Virus record (IMG/VR): IMGVR_UViG_3300047300_001121
Coordinates: 17,389 to 81,388 of that record
Source of the DNA: a virus
Reading direction: 5' to 3' (one strand)
DNA length: 64,000 nucleotides
Shown here piece after piece: positions 18,055-26,106 of this stretch. Position 1 is the first letter of the stretch. The number at the start of each line of letters is the position of its first letter. Below the pieces are notes generated by a model. The model did no database searches. It was not told where the DNA came from and worked only from the letters and a program-made list of their open reading frames with translations. The position numbers were made by a program, and so were the translations under genes.

Positions 18055-18784
18055 CGTTGATGCCCTCGCGGTAATTGACCTTCTGGAACCCGCTGTGGGA
18101 GCTCTTCTTCATCGGCAGTCGCTTACCAAGCCAGGCCAGTGGATCGACCGGCTGCTCGCGGTAGCAATCGCGGATTGCCTGCACAACGACGCTGTCACCA
18201 TGGTCCTTGCACTTGCCGGCCAGGAAGGACCGGGCTGCCTTGTCGGTGTTGCCTGCGTTGACCAGGATCGGAACGCCGTAGGCGAAGATTTTGTCCTTGT
18301 CGGTCAGCTCCTGGTCAACAGCTGGCGGATCCTGTACCGGCGGCTCGCCGCCCGTTACGGTAGTAACGGAATCTCTATTCTTCTCTTCTTTAGGTAACGC
18401 CGAAGTAACGCCGGCAGCGTTACCTGTAGCGTTACCTTTTGCCTTGTTCTTGGCTACGCGCTTGGCGGTAAGCGCCCTGTTCTTGGCTGTGTTTCCGTTG
18501 TGCCGCTCGAAATTTGGCAGATTGATGCCGTCTTCCCTGATCTCGATCCAGCCGACGGACTGCACCGCCTCACAGAAGCCAGAGGTTCCAATGATGCGAT
18601 CGAGTAACGCTGAGGTAACGCCGCGAGCGTTACCATTTTCGGTGTGCTGATCGAACCAGCGCCACATCCGGAACAGCTTGCCGACCGTCAGATCAACATC
18701 ATCCCAGCCCATCTTGGCGGTGATCGCCAGGACCTCCGCCTTTTCAGGAGTGCAGCACTCCATCTTGATCCAGTCACCGGCCAT
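18035..18784 (-). CDS. Replication initiator
   Basis: MAGDWIKM...PNFERHNG; directly upstream of the loader. Confidence 0.8.
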   Translation of the reverse strand: MAGDWIKMECCTPEKAEVLAITAKMGWDDVDLTVGKLFRMWRWFDQHTENGNARGVTSALLDRIIGTSGFCEAVQSVGWIEIREDGINLPNFERHNGNTAKNRALTAKRVAKNKAKGNATGNAAGVTSALPKEEKNRDSVTTVTGGEPPVQDPPAVDQELTDKDKIFAYGVPILVNAGNTDKAARSFLAGKCKDHGDSVVVQAIRDCYREQPVDPLAWLGKRLPMKKSSHSGFQKVNYREGINDDGSFS

Positions 18785-19127
18785 AGAACGCCTCTCTTAC
18801 GCTGGCGTTCGTGCGCCGCACAAAGTCATCAATCAGATCAAGATCAGCGTCTGTCGGCGCAAACCATTCCCCGCGAGCTCGCGATCCGGCCATGAGATTG
18901 TGGAGGCATTTTTCTACAGCATCCGGCAGCGGGGTCCTGATGGTTTGCCATAGCTCCAGGTCAAATGGGCAGCCTGACTGGATGCCCTGGATGCGCTTCT
19001 TGAGGGTGTTGCTCTTGCCGATCTTGATGAACTTAAATCCCGGGGTCGCCAGGACATAGACCGCAGGCAGCTCACACCTCTTCGTGTGACCGGCAAGGTC
19101 ACCCGGCGAGTGAGCGTAATACTGCAT
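18774..19127 (-). CDS. T5orf172/GIY-YIG domain protein
   Basis: VYVL...IKIGKS...RI..IQSGCPF...GEWF. Confidence 0.8.
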   Translation of the reverse strand: MQYYAHSPGDLAGHTKRCELPAVYVLATPGFKFIKIGKSNTLKKRIQGIQSGCPFDLELWQTIRTPLPDAVEKCLHNLMAGSRARGEWFAPTDADLDLIDDFVRRTNASVREAFYGR

Positions 19128-19139
19128 ATTGCTTCTTTC

Positions 19140-19282
19140 CCTTCCGGTGTCCGGAAGTACAAAAGCCCAAGTCGGAATCCTCACCGAGGTTGCGTCGGCG
19201 TTGGCGGACAGGTGAGTAACCTGCAGGATTCCGGCTTGGGCTTACTCGTTTCCTCCCCCGCCAAGGGGATCCGCAGATTCTA
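19140..19282 (-). promoter_or_regulatory. Structured leader (hairpin + long terminator-like stem + pseudoknot), copy 2
   Basis: -10 TAGAAT; stem 19161-19181/19225-19243 with U-tract; TTGGCGG/CCGCCAA. Confidence 0.6.
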
Positions 19283-19318
19283 CAACACGATGGTTGCATG
19301 AAAAACATCCTGTTGCTT

Positions 19319-19639
19319 TTACGCCACAGCAGTCTCAGGGCTGGACGGCACCGTGTCGTACACGTCGTTGTCGTCTACATCTTCGCCAGGGCGCAGTGGC
19401 CTCAAACAGGCATCGGGTACGGGACCTGACCTTCGATATTCCAGGCCGCAGCCCCAGGCAGAGTCCCAAACCAGGTCGCTGCCGGCTGTATCACACAACC
19501 ACACAAAACCATCAAAATCCCTCAGCACGATGCCGCTTTGTCCAGGCTCATAGGGCTGGACAACGCGCACGATTTTCCCCATATTCGCTGGGGTTTTTGA
19601 GCGTACGACGACCGCGAGGTCGCCGGGTTTGCAGTTCAT
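19319..19639 (-). CDS. MNCKPGDLA-family hypothetical protein
   Basis: GGAGGAG RBS; paralog of 6010-6333. Confidence 0.7.
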   Translation of the reverse strand: MNCKPGDLAVVVRSKTPANMGKIVRVVQPYEPGQSGIVLRDFDGFVWLCDTAGSDLVWDSAWGCGLEYRRSGPVPDACLRPLRPGEDVDDNDVYDTVPSSPETAVA

Positions 19640-19768
19640 GGGTGCTCCTCCAATAACAACATGAATTGATGTCGATTGTCTTGGCCTTACTGTTGGCTTG
19701 TCAACGAAATGTTTGTGGCGTATCGTTGTTGTTGCGCAACATTTCGTCTTCAACCATAGGGGTCAGAC

Positions 19769-20281
19769 ATGAAGGTCAAAGACCAGATCAAGGTGCGTCG
19801 CGAGCAGCTGGGCATCAGCGTCAACGAGCTCGCAAAACGTCTTGGTGTGTCTTCTCAGGCCATTCGGCACTGGGAGAACGGGCGCAGTTTCCCGGGTAAG
19901 TCGAAGACCGCTGCGCTGGAGACGGCGCTGAGCCTCAACATCGACTGGACCGAGGGCTCCAGGGCCGCCGCCAAGCGGCCGCAGATTTCGGGTCTGATTG
20001 ACCCCAACGATGTCTCGCTGCTGCTGAACATAGCGCGGCTGCCGACGCCGGCAAAATCACTCATCGCCGACCTGGTCGAGATGTACGTGACGCTGGACGG
20101 ACGTGCGGGCAGCTTCGCGCATCGAGGTAAAGAGAGCAGCGCAGAGGCTTTTCACGAAAAAGAATCGCAAGGAGAAAGTGCCCGTGGTACGAAAGCTACA
20201 AGAGCACCCAAGCCGGGTGCAAAAGGCAGCAAAAACGAAGAGCCCGACAAGCGTCATTCAACTCGTCGAAAGGCGGCGTGA
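19769..20281 (+). CDS. XRE-family HTH repressor (CI-like, no S24 peptidase)
   Basis: RREQLGISVNELAKRLGVSSQAIRHWENG; divergent from the replication operon. Confidence 0.8.
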   Translation: MKVKDQIKVRREQLGISVNELAKRLGVSSQAIRHWENGRSFPGKSKTAALETALSLNIDWTEGSRAAAKRPQISGLIDPNDVSLLLNIARLPTPAKSLIADLVEMYVTLDGRAGSFAHRGKESSAEAFHEKESQGESARGTKATRAPKPGAKGSKNEEPDKRHSTRRKAA

Positions 20282-20477
20282 CCCGCAGATCATCGAGCAT
20301 TTGCAGGCTCTCCTGGAAGAGGCGAGGCAGGGTAAGGTGGTTGGGTTCATCGCCGCGGTCCACTACGGTGGCAAGGAGTTCGGGTACGTTGGGTCGGGTT
20401 CGATGTGCGACTGCCCAACGCTCGGGATCGCGTCGGCGCACAAGCTCGCAACAAAACTGTTGCATCACAACAAATAG
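20178..20477 (+). CDS. Hypothetical protein overlapping the repressor 3' end
   Basis: AAGGAG RBS plus GTG; LQALLEEARQG. Confidence 0.65.
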   Translation: MPVVRKLQEHPSRVQKAAKTKSPTSVIQLVERRRDPQIIEHLQALLEEARQGKVVGFIAAVHYGGKEFGYVGSGSMCDCPTLGIASAHKLATKLLHHNK

Positions 20478-20489
20478 TTGACGTATACT
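20460..20489 (+). promoter_or_regulatory. Promoter of the ncRNA array with tandem operators
   Basis: TTGCAT-18-TATACT; operators at 20449 and 20468. Confidence 0.6.
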
Positions 20490-20734
20490 GGGAGCACGAA
20501 TTGCCATTCGCCATCTCGTAGATGTGGTCCGGCGCAATGCCGGGACTCCTAGACAGCGTGCTGCAGCTGAATCTACGGCGCAGATGACACCGGGAAAGAC
20601 TGGGCCATCACACCAGCGGTAGCGCGTATTGCAAGCGCGCGGCGATCACCGCCAGGCAAGTTGCCTCCTCATCGTGCAGGGAAACCGACGGTGAAGTTTG
20701 GAGGGGGCGCCGGGAAAGCACCGGCCCGCTGATG

Positions 20735-20849
20735 TGATGGTGAATGCGCGAGCTGACGTGACCGAAGGAACCTCGGGCGGATAGGACAAACGGGTCGCAA
20801 CCGTACCTTGTAACGCCGCCATGCCGGAGATCAGCGCCGGCCACCATCA
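20735..20849 (+). ncRNA. C4 antisense RNA-like element
   Basis: TGATGGTGAATGCGC-GCTGA...GCCGGAGATCAGCGCCGGC-CACCATCA matches the recalled C4 consensus; GCTGA/TCAGC loop pairing. Confidence 0.7.
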
Positions 20850-21304
20850 AAGTGCAGGCCGTATCGCGTAGCAAAGCCCGGGGATCGCAAGGTCGGCTCG
20901 GTGGCTCCGGTGAAGACAACCGCGATGACGCCCGGGAAAGACCGGGGTATGACGGCTCGTCGATGTGTCAACGATCAGGGTTCGCCGTCCTCGCCCTGAT
21001 GCCGGACGATACGTAACCGGCACCAACAAGGAAGCGGCTCAGCCAAAGCGCAGTCTCGTGAACGGGGGCTGTTAACCTGCTGAGGTCGGGCGCGCGTCAC
21101 CGTGCCGGGGGCTGTATCCCGTGGGCCGCTTCCTTGTTGGTGATTGCGTTGGATAAATTCGGCTTCTCAGGTAAGGATACGCCCTGACACCAACACCCAG
21201 TGCGCGCTGGGATACCACGCGATGACAACGTACGGAAAGACGTGCGCGGATCGCTGTAAGGCCCGCTGGGACCGACGAGAATCGGATGCGGATGGAAGTT
21301 CCGT

Positions 21305-21332
21305 AGGGCTCGCTTCGGCGGGCCCTTTTTTT
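21305..21332 (+). terminator. Intrinsic terminator
   Basis: AGGGCTCGC-TTCG-GCGGGCCCT followed by a T run. Confidence 0.9.
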
Positions 21333-21344
21333 GTGGTGAGTATG

Positions 21345-21383
21345 CAACAAACAGTTGTGACGCCAACAAAAGGTTGCGATAAT
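21345..21383 (+). promoter_or_regulatory. Promoter with tandem operators
   Basis: TTGTGA-17-GATAAT; CAACAAACAGTTG and CAACAAAAGGTTG. Confidence 0.65.
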
Positions 21384-21410
21384 GGTGACCCGAGTTTGAA
21401 GGAGGTTCAA

Positions 21411-21548
21411 ATGTTTCACTGGATGTGGTTGATCGTCACCCTTGAAGTCGGCTTCATGCTGGGTCTTCTTGTGGCCGGCCTGATTCACACGGCGCGCACG
21501 GAAGATGACTGCGAGGAGGCCTGCAGCAAGCAGTCCTTTGGTGTGTGA
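21411..21548 (+). CDS. Small membrane protein
   Basis: AAGGAGG RBS; single TM helix. Confidence 0.6.
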   Translation: MFHWMWLIVTLEVGFMLGLLVAGLIHTARTEDDCEEACSKQSFGV

Positions 21549-21922
21549 AGTGTCAGCACTGCGGCCATTCTGAGACCGACGTCGTCGAGTCGCGTGTCCT
21601 CATGGGCGGTGCATACGTGCGCCGCAGACGCAGCTGCCCTGAGTGCGGCAAGACATTCTCGACCTACGAAATTGATGGCGGCATCTGGGGCACGGTGAAG
21701 AAGTGGGCCCTGGGCAGTCGCCTGCCGGCGCTCGAGAAGAAGCACAAGCTCAATCGCCGCAACGCCAAGATCGTGGCCATGATCAAAGCCGGCCACCAGT
21801 ACAAAGACATCGGCAAGCAGTTCGGCATCGCCAAGACAACTGTCAGCCATATAGCCAGGCAAGCTGGCATCCCGTCGCGCAAGCGACCCAAGATCGCAAC
21901 CCCATGGAGCGGCCTCGTATGA
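21545..21922 (+). CDS. NrdR-type zinc ribbon fused to HTH
   Basis: MKCQHC...VVESR...RRRRSCPECGKTFSTYE; no ATP cone. Confidence 0.7.
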   Translation: MKCQHCGHSETDVVESRVLMGGAYVRRRRSCPECGKTFSTYEIDGGIWGTVKKWALGSRLPALEKKHKLNRRNAKIVAMIKAGHQYKDIGKQFGIAKTTVSHIARQAGIPSRKRPKIATPWSGLV

Positions 21923-22218
21923 AGAAACTTTTCATGGCCCTCGTGGCATGCCTGTCTATCACCGTTTCAGCGAACTCGCTGCATGCGCCAAATGAAGCCG
22001 GAGGACGCATTGTCATCACTGACCGCCCGTGCCCGTCGTCAGAAAAGCTGCGCATGGCCTACGCCGTCGAAGGCTCGGGCGAGGTGCATGAAGGTTGCTG
22101 GGCGTTCTTCGATGGCCTTGTCCACATCTTCTGGCCAGACAAGGGTGTTCGCACGGCGTACCCGCCGAACATCTTCATTCCGTCCGAAGCAAAACGCGGA
22201 AAGAGTGAAGACGTGTGA
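21919..22218 (+). CDS. Secreted hypothetical protein
   Basis: Signal peptide; PNEAGGRIV...GCW. Confidence 0.65.
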   Translation: MKKLFMALVACLSITVSANSLHAPNEAGGRIVITDRPCPSSEKLRMAYAVEGSGEVHEGCWAFFDGLVHIFWPDKGVRTAYPPNIFIPSEAKRGKSEDV

Positions 22219-22643
22219 GATACGCCATTCGTCAGGTCAATCCGCGAGACCCCGAGATTTCGGCGTTGCTGCTGCGCATGCAACTCGAGTGCCTGCCGAG
22301 CGATCGTCCTGAATCCACGAAGCAGGGGTTCTGGTGGATCTGCTACACCGAGACCGGCCAACCGGCCGGATTCTGCAGCATGCGCGCAAGCGTGCGCTGG
22401 CAAGAGACCGGATACCTGTCGCGCTCCGGTGTGCTTGATGCGCACCAGGGGAACGGCCTGCAAAAGCGCATGATCCGCGCCCGCATCCGCAAGGCAAAGC
22501 AGATCGGCTGGAAGTGGCTGCTGTCCGACACCTCAGATAACCCGCCGTCCGCGAATTCGCTCATCGCGTGCGGCTTCAAGATGTACGAGCCACGAGACCC
22601 GTATGGGTTGAAGACGTCAGTGTACTGGCGCAGAAAGATCTAA
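22215..22643 (+). CDS. GNAT acetyltransferase
   Basis: HQGNGLQKRMI; NPPSANSL..CGF. Confidence 0.85.
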   Translation: MRYAIRQVNPRDPEISALLLRMQLECLPSDRPESTKQGFWWICYTETGQPAGFCSMRASVRWQETGYLSRSGVLDAHQGNGLQKRMIRARIRKAKQIGWKWLLSDTSDNPPSANSLIACGFKMYEPRDPYGLKTSVYWRRKI

Positions 22644-22645
22644 GC

Positions 22646-23092
22646 ATGAAACGCATGACCAAAGAAGAGGTCGAGGCCAAGATGGCGGCCGACAGAGCCC
22701 AATGGGAGGAGCTCAAGAAGCGACTGATGGAGGAGGAGCATCTCGACGACGACGGCTACCCCACCGATGCCGCGCTTGAGCTCATCGAGAAATGGTACTG
22801 GGACGACTGCACCGGGCTGCTCGAGTTCATCAAGAGCATCTGGCACATGCGCTCCTGGGGCTGGACCGAGGTCAACGCGAATGAGCTCGACAAAGACGAC
22901 GATGACTACGACGAAAGAGGCGGCAAGCTTCTGTTCGTCTCGACGGCCGGCTGGTCTGGCAACGAGTCCATCATCCGCGCCTTCAAGGAAAACCACATGG
23001 CGTGGATGTTGTGCTGGGTGCAGTCGCGCCGCGGCGGCCACTTCATCTTCGAGCCGCACCAGTTTAAGGACGATCAAGGGGTACAGGAATGA
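22646..23092 (+). CDS. Conserved phage protein
   Basis: DDDGYPT...STAGWSGNESII...RGGHF. Confidence 0.75.
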   Translation: MKRMTKEEVEAKMAADRAQWEELKKRLMEEEHLDDDGYPTDAALELIEKWYWDDCTGLLEFIKSIWHMRSWGWTEVNANELDKDDDDYDERGGKLLFVSTAGWSGNESIIRAFKENHMAWMLCWVQSRRGGHFIFEPHQFKDDQGVQE

Positions 23093-23310
23093 CGGAAGAG
23101 CAACTCGAAGCCGCTGCACGCAAGCTTTGCGAGATTCGCGGGATTGACCCCGACAAAAGTGTGCCGCACGGCGCGCCGCCAAACGACATGGGCTACGTGC
23201 CTTCCGTGCTGCTTTACGCGCCGGCATGGCGCCTGGTGGCAAGCGAGATCCGCAACTTCTACCAGATCGCTCAGGCCCTGGATTCTGTGCTCGGCGGAAA
23301 CCTGCCGTGA
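23089..23310 (+). CDS. Hypothetical protein
   Basis: AARKLCEIRGIDPD. Confidence 0.65.
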   Translation: MTEEQLEAAARKLCEIRGIDPDKSVPHGAPPNDMGYVPSVLLYAPAWRLVASEIRNFYQIAQALDSVLGGNLP

Positions 23311-23516
23311 GCGAGCGAGATCTCGCCAGGGTGTTGCTTGTGCGCGCCGAAGCCGTCAAGGCCGTTGCGTATCAGAGCTACGACCAGGCAATGCGCGAGG
23401 CCATGTACAAGACCGCGCACACGTTCGAGGAAGCGGCCGCCGAGATCGGTCGGCTTCGCGCGCGCATTGCTGAGCTCGAGCTGAGTGCGCAGGCGAATAC
23501 CCCACAAAAACCGTAG
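23307..23516 (+). CDS. Hypothetical protein
   Basis: GTGA overlap; EAAAEI.RLR. Confidence 0.55.
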   Translation: MSERDLARVLLVRAEAVKAVAYQSYDQAMREAMYKTAHTFEEAAAEIGRLRARIAELELSAQANTPQKP

Positions 23517-23532
23517 GGCTTTTATTTTTTGT

Positions 23533-23560
23533 TTGACGAGCCAACAATTTGTTGGATAAT
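23533..23560 (+). promoter_or_regulatory. Recombination-operon promoter with operator in the spacer
   Basis: TTGACG-16-GATAAT with CAACAATTTGTTG at 23542-23554. Confidence 0.7.
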
Positions 23561-23605
23561 CCAACCGTCTGTTCAACAGATTTACGCAACTTCTAGGAGC
23601 ATTAC

Positions 23606-24799
23606 ATGACCGACACGACAAACACCGCGGAAGCCGCGGTTTCTGCGCAGGAGCAAACGGCTGCACAAACCGACCTGACCCTGATCAACAACACCCTCAC
23701 CGAGTTCGAGAAAGTGCAAGCCGGCCTGGCCGAGCTCAACCAGAAATACAACAACGTCGTCTTTGACGTGCGCACCACGAAGGGCATGGACGAAGCCAAG
23801 GCTGCGCGCCTGGCAATTCGTGAGCCGCGCTACGCAGTGAAGCGTGCGCTTGATGCAGCGAAGAAGCCGCTCAACGACATCAAGAAAAACATCACCGAGC
23901 GCGCCGACTACATCACCTCTCAGTTGACCGCGCTGGAAGATCCGATCGATAAACAGATCAAAGCCGAGGAAGACCGCAAAGAAGCAGAGAAGCAGGCCAA
24001 GGTGCTGGCCGAGCAAGCCCGCGTTGCCGCGCTGCGCGAGCGCCTGGATGCCATCTCTTCGCTGCCGCTGAAGGCGTCAGGCAAGTTCTCCGCGGACATT
24101 GCCCTGGACATCCTGTACCTCGAGTCGCTACCAATCGACGAATCATTCGAGGAATACCTGCCGCATGCCAAAGCGGCCCAGGCCGAGGCGCTCGCCAAGC
24201 TGCGCGAGCTGCATGACGCAACGCTGGCCCGTGAACAGGAGGCTGATCGCCTGGCTGCTGAGCGCGCCGAGCTGGAGGCAATGCGTGCTCAACAGGCCGC
24301 GCAGGCTGCCGAGCTCGAGCGTCTGCGCAAGGAGCAAGAAGAGGCTGCCGCACGCGCCGCTGCCGAGGCTGCCCTGGCCGCTCAGAAAGCGATCGACGAG
24401 GCCAACGCCAAAGCCAAGCGTGAGGCCGCAGAACGCGAGGCCTACCTCAAACAGCAACAGGATGCGTTTGAGGCCGAGAAGCGCGATGCCGAGGCCAAGC
24501 TCAAGGCGGAGCAGGACAGGGTGCTGGCTGAGCGCGCAGAGATTGCTCGTGCCGCCGCTGAGCTCGCAGCCAAGGAGGCTGCCGAGCAGGCCGCCCGTGA
24601 GCTCGCCGCGCGCAATGCCGAGCTGGCCAAGCAAGAGCAGGAGCGCAAAGCTCGCCACAAAAAGGCCGTCGACCGGGCTGAGCAACTGGTCGCCGTAACA
24701 ATCCAGCACTTTGGGATTGAGCGCAGGCAAGCAGTTGACTTGATCATCGGCGTCGCCGAGACCATCAAATTCATCAACGAAGTAGAGGTGGCAGCATGA
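23606..24799 (+). CDS. Long coiled-coil protein
   Basis: A/E/K/R-rich helical composition; AGGAG RBS. Confidence 0.8.
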   Translation: MTDTTNTAEAAVSAQEQTAAQTDLTLINNTLTEFEKVQAGLAELNQKYNNVVFDVRTTKGMDEAKAARLAIREPRYAVKRALDAAKKPLNDIKKNITERADYITSQLTALEDPIDKQIKAEEDRKEAEKQAKVLAEQARVAALRERLDAISSLPLKASGKFSADIALDILYLESLPIDESFEEYLPHAKAAQAEALAKLRELHDATLAREQEADRLAAERAELEAMRAQQAAQAAELERLRKEQEEAAARAAAEAALAAQKAIDEANAKAKREAAEREAYLKQQQDAFEAEKRDAEAKLKAEQDRVLAERAEIARAAAELAAKEAAEQAARELAARNAELAKQEQERKARHKKAVDRAEQLVAVTIQHFGIERRQAVDLIIGVAETIKFINEVEVAA

Positions 24800-25008
24800 T
24801 GAGCGCCGCAATCAAGCAAACGCTTCACCGCAACATCACGAACATCCTCGTCACGAAGATCGAGCCCATGTTCAAGGATGGGGTCGAGATCACGTTGATT
24901 GCTCGCACGCCCGGCAACAGCGAGGCCGATGTGCTCGTCACGTCAGAGCGCAACTTTGACGAGATCAAAGCGCTGGTTGACCGCAGCGCCGCACGGGAGG
25001 CCGTATGA
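24796..25008 (+). CDS. Hypothetical protein
   Basis: ATGA overlap. Confidence 0.6.
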   Translation: MMSAAIKQTLHRNITNILVTKIEPMFKDGVEITLIARTPGNSEADVLVTSERNFDEIKALVDRSAAREAV

Positions 25009-25958
25009 GCAACGCACTTGCGCTGATCACCGGCGACATCTACGGCGCGCGTGACGCGTTCGATGCGGTCCTGGCGGATCGCTCAATCAACTTCGACCGT
25101 GAGGCCGAGTTCGCCATCCAGGTGCTGTCGCAAAACGACTACGCGCTGAAGCTGGCCCAGGGCAACCGTCAATCGGTTGTCAATGCCGTGACCAACATCG
25201 CGGCCATCGGCATCTCGCTGAACCCCGCGAAGAAGCAGGCGTACCTGGTGCCGCGCGACGGCAAGATCTGCCTGGACATCAGCTACATGGGTTTGCTGGA
25301 TCTGGCCACGGCCACTGGATCGATCAAATGGGCCAAGGCGGCCGTCGTTTACTCGGGTGATGGATTCACCCTCAACGGATTCGACAAACCGCCTGAGCAC
25401 CAATTCAACCCGTTTGCCAAGGACCGTGGCGACGTGGTGGGCGTGTACGTCGTGGTCAAGACCGCGGACGGCGATTACCTCACTGAGGTGATGAGCGCTG
25501 ACGACGTGAACGCCATCCGTGATCGCTCGAGCGCATGGAAGGCCTGGATCGCCAAACAGAAGTCCTGCCCCTGGGTGACCGACTGGGCGGAGATGGCCAA
25601 GAAAACGGTGATCAAGCGCGCCTACAAGACGTGGCCAAAGACTGATCGCCTGGACGAGGCCATCCACCACCTGAACACCGACGGCGATGAGGGCTTGGTT
25701 GACATTACACCCAAGGCTGCACCGGTCACCACCGAGAAGGCGATCTTTGATCGCACGGCGTGGATCGAGAAGGCCAACAAGGCGGCGACGGTCGACGAGC
25801 TCGCAACGGTCTGGCGCACTGGCACAAAGGCCGCCAGTGAGGCCAAGGATCGCGACGGCTACGACGCGTTCAAGCGAGTCGTCAACGCGCGCAAATCCAT
25901 GCTCGAGGGCAAGGCCAATGCGACTGACGCCGAGGTGAAGGAGGGGGCTACGGCATGA
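25005..25958 (+). CDS. recT: RecT-family single-strand annealing protein
   Basis: AYLVPR...ISYMGL...EMAKKTVIKRA. Confidence 0.9.
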   Translation: MSNALALITGDIYGARDAFDAVLADRSINFDREAEFAIQVLSQNDYALKLAQGNRQSVVNAVTNIAAIGISLNPAKKQAYLVPRDGKICLDISYMGLLDLATATGSIKWAKAAVVYSGDGFTLNGFDKPPEHQFNPFAKDRGDVVGVYVVVKTADGDYLTEVMSADDVNAIRDRSSAWKAWIAKQKSCPWVTDWAEMAKKTVIKRAYKTWPKTDRLDEAIHHLNTDGDEGLVDITPKAAPVTTEKAIFDRTAWIEKANKAATVDELATVWRTGTKAASEAKDRDGYDAFKRVVNARKSMLEGKANATDAEVKEGATA

Positions 25959-26106
25959 GCATCAAGCAAAAGATCATCAAGACGCAGGGCGCAGACCGGA
26001 TCAAAGAAGAGCTGGATATTGCCCTGCAAATGGGGTGGTTGGTTCAAACGCTGACCGTCAACTCTGAAACCGGCGCATGGATCGCCGTGCTTTACAGGGA
26101 GGCGGC

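Larger units (their letters stand above)
20496..21332 (+). ncRNA. Polycistronic array of structured small RNAs
   Basis: No credible ORF; seven or more closed stem units; 3 copies of the GATGAC-stem-GAAAGA motif. Confidence 0.7.

Noticed and set aside
20582-20603. Hammerhead ribozyme core
   Set aside because: GAUGAC/GAAAGA lacks the required CUGAUGA and GAAA-stem-UH topology
20645-20821. CCGCCA in two array units as antisense to the TTGGCGG loop of the replication leader (and ACACCAAC versus leader 1)
   Set aside because: Only 6-8 nt in GC-rich DNA, and CGCC appears paired within its own unit; not distinguishable from chance by eye
20496-21332. CRISPR or TIGR-type array
   Set aside because: No constant-length direct repeats, and no Cas or Nop-domain gene in the window
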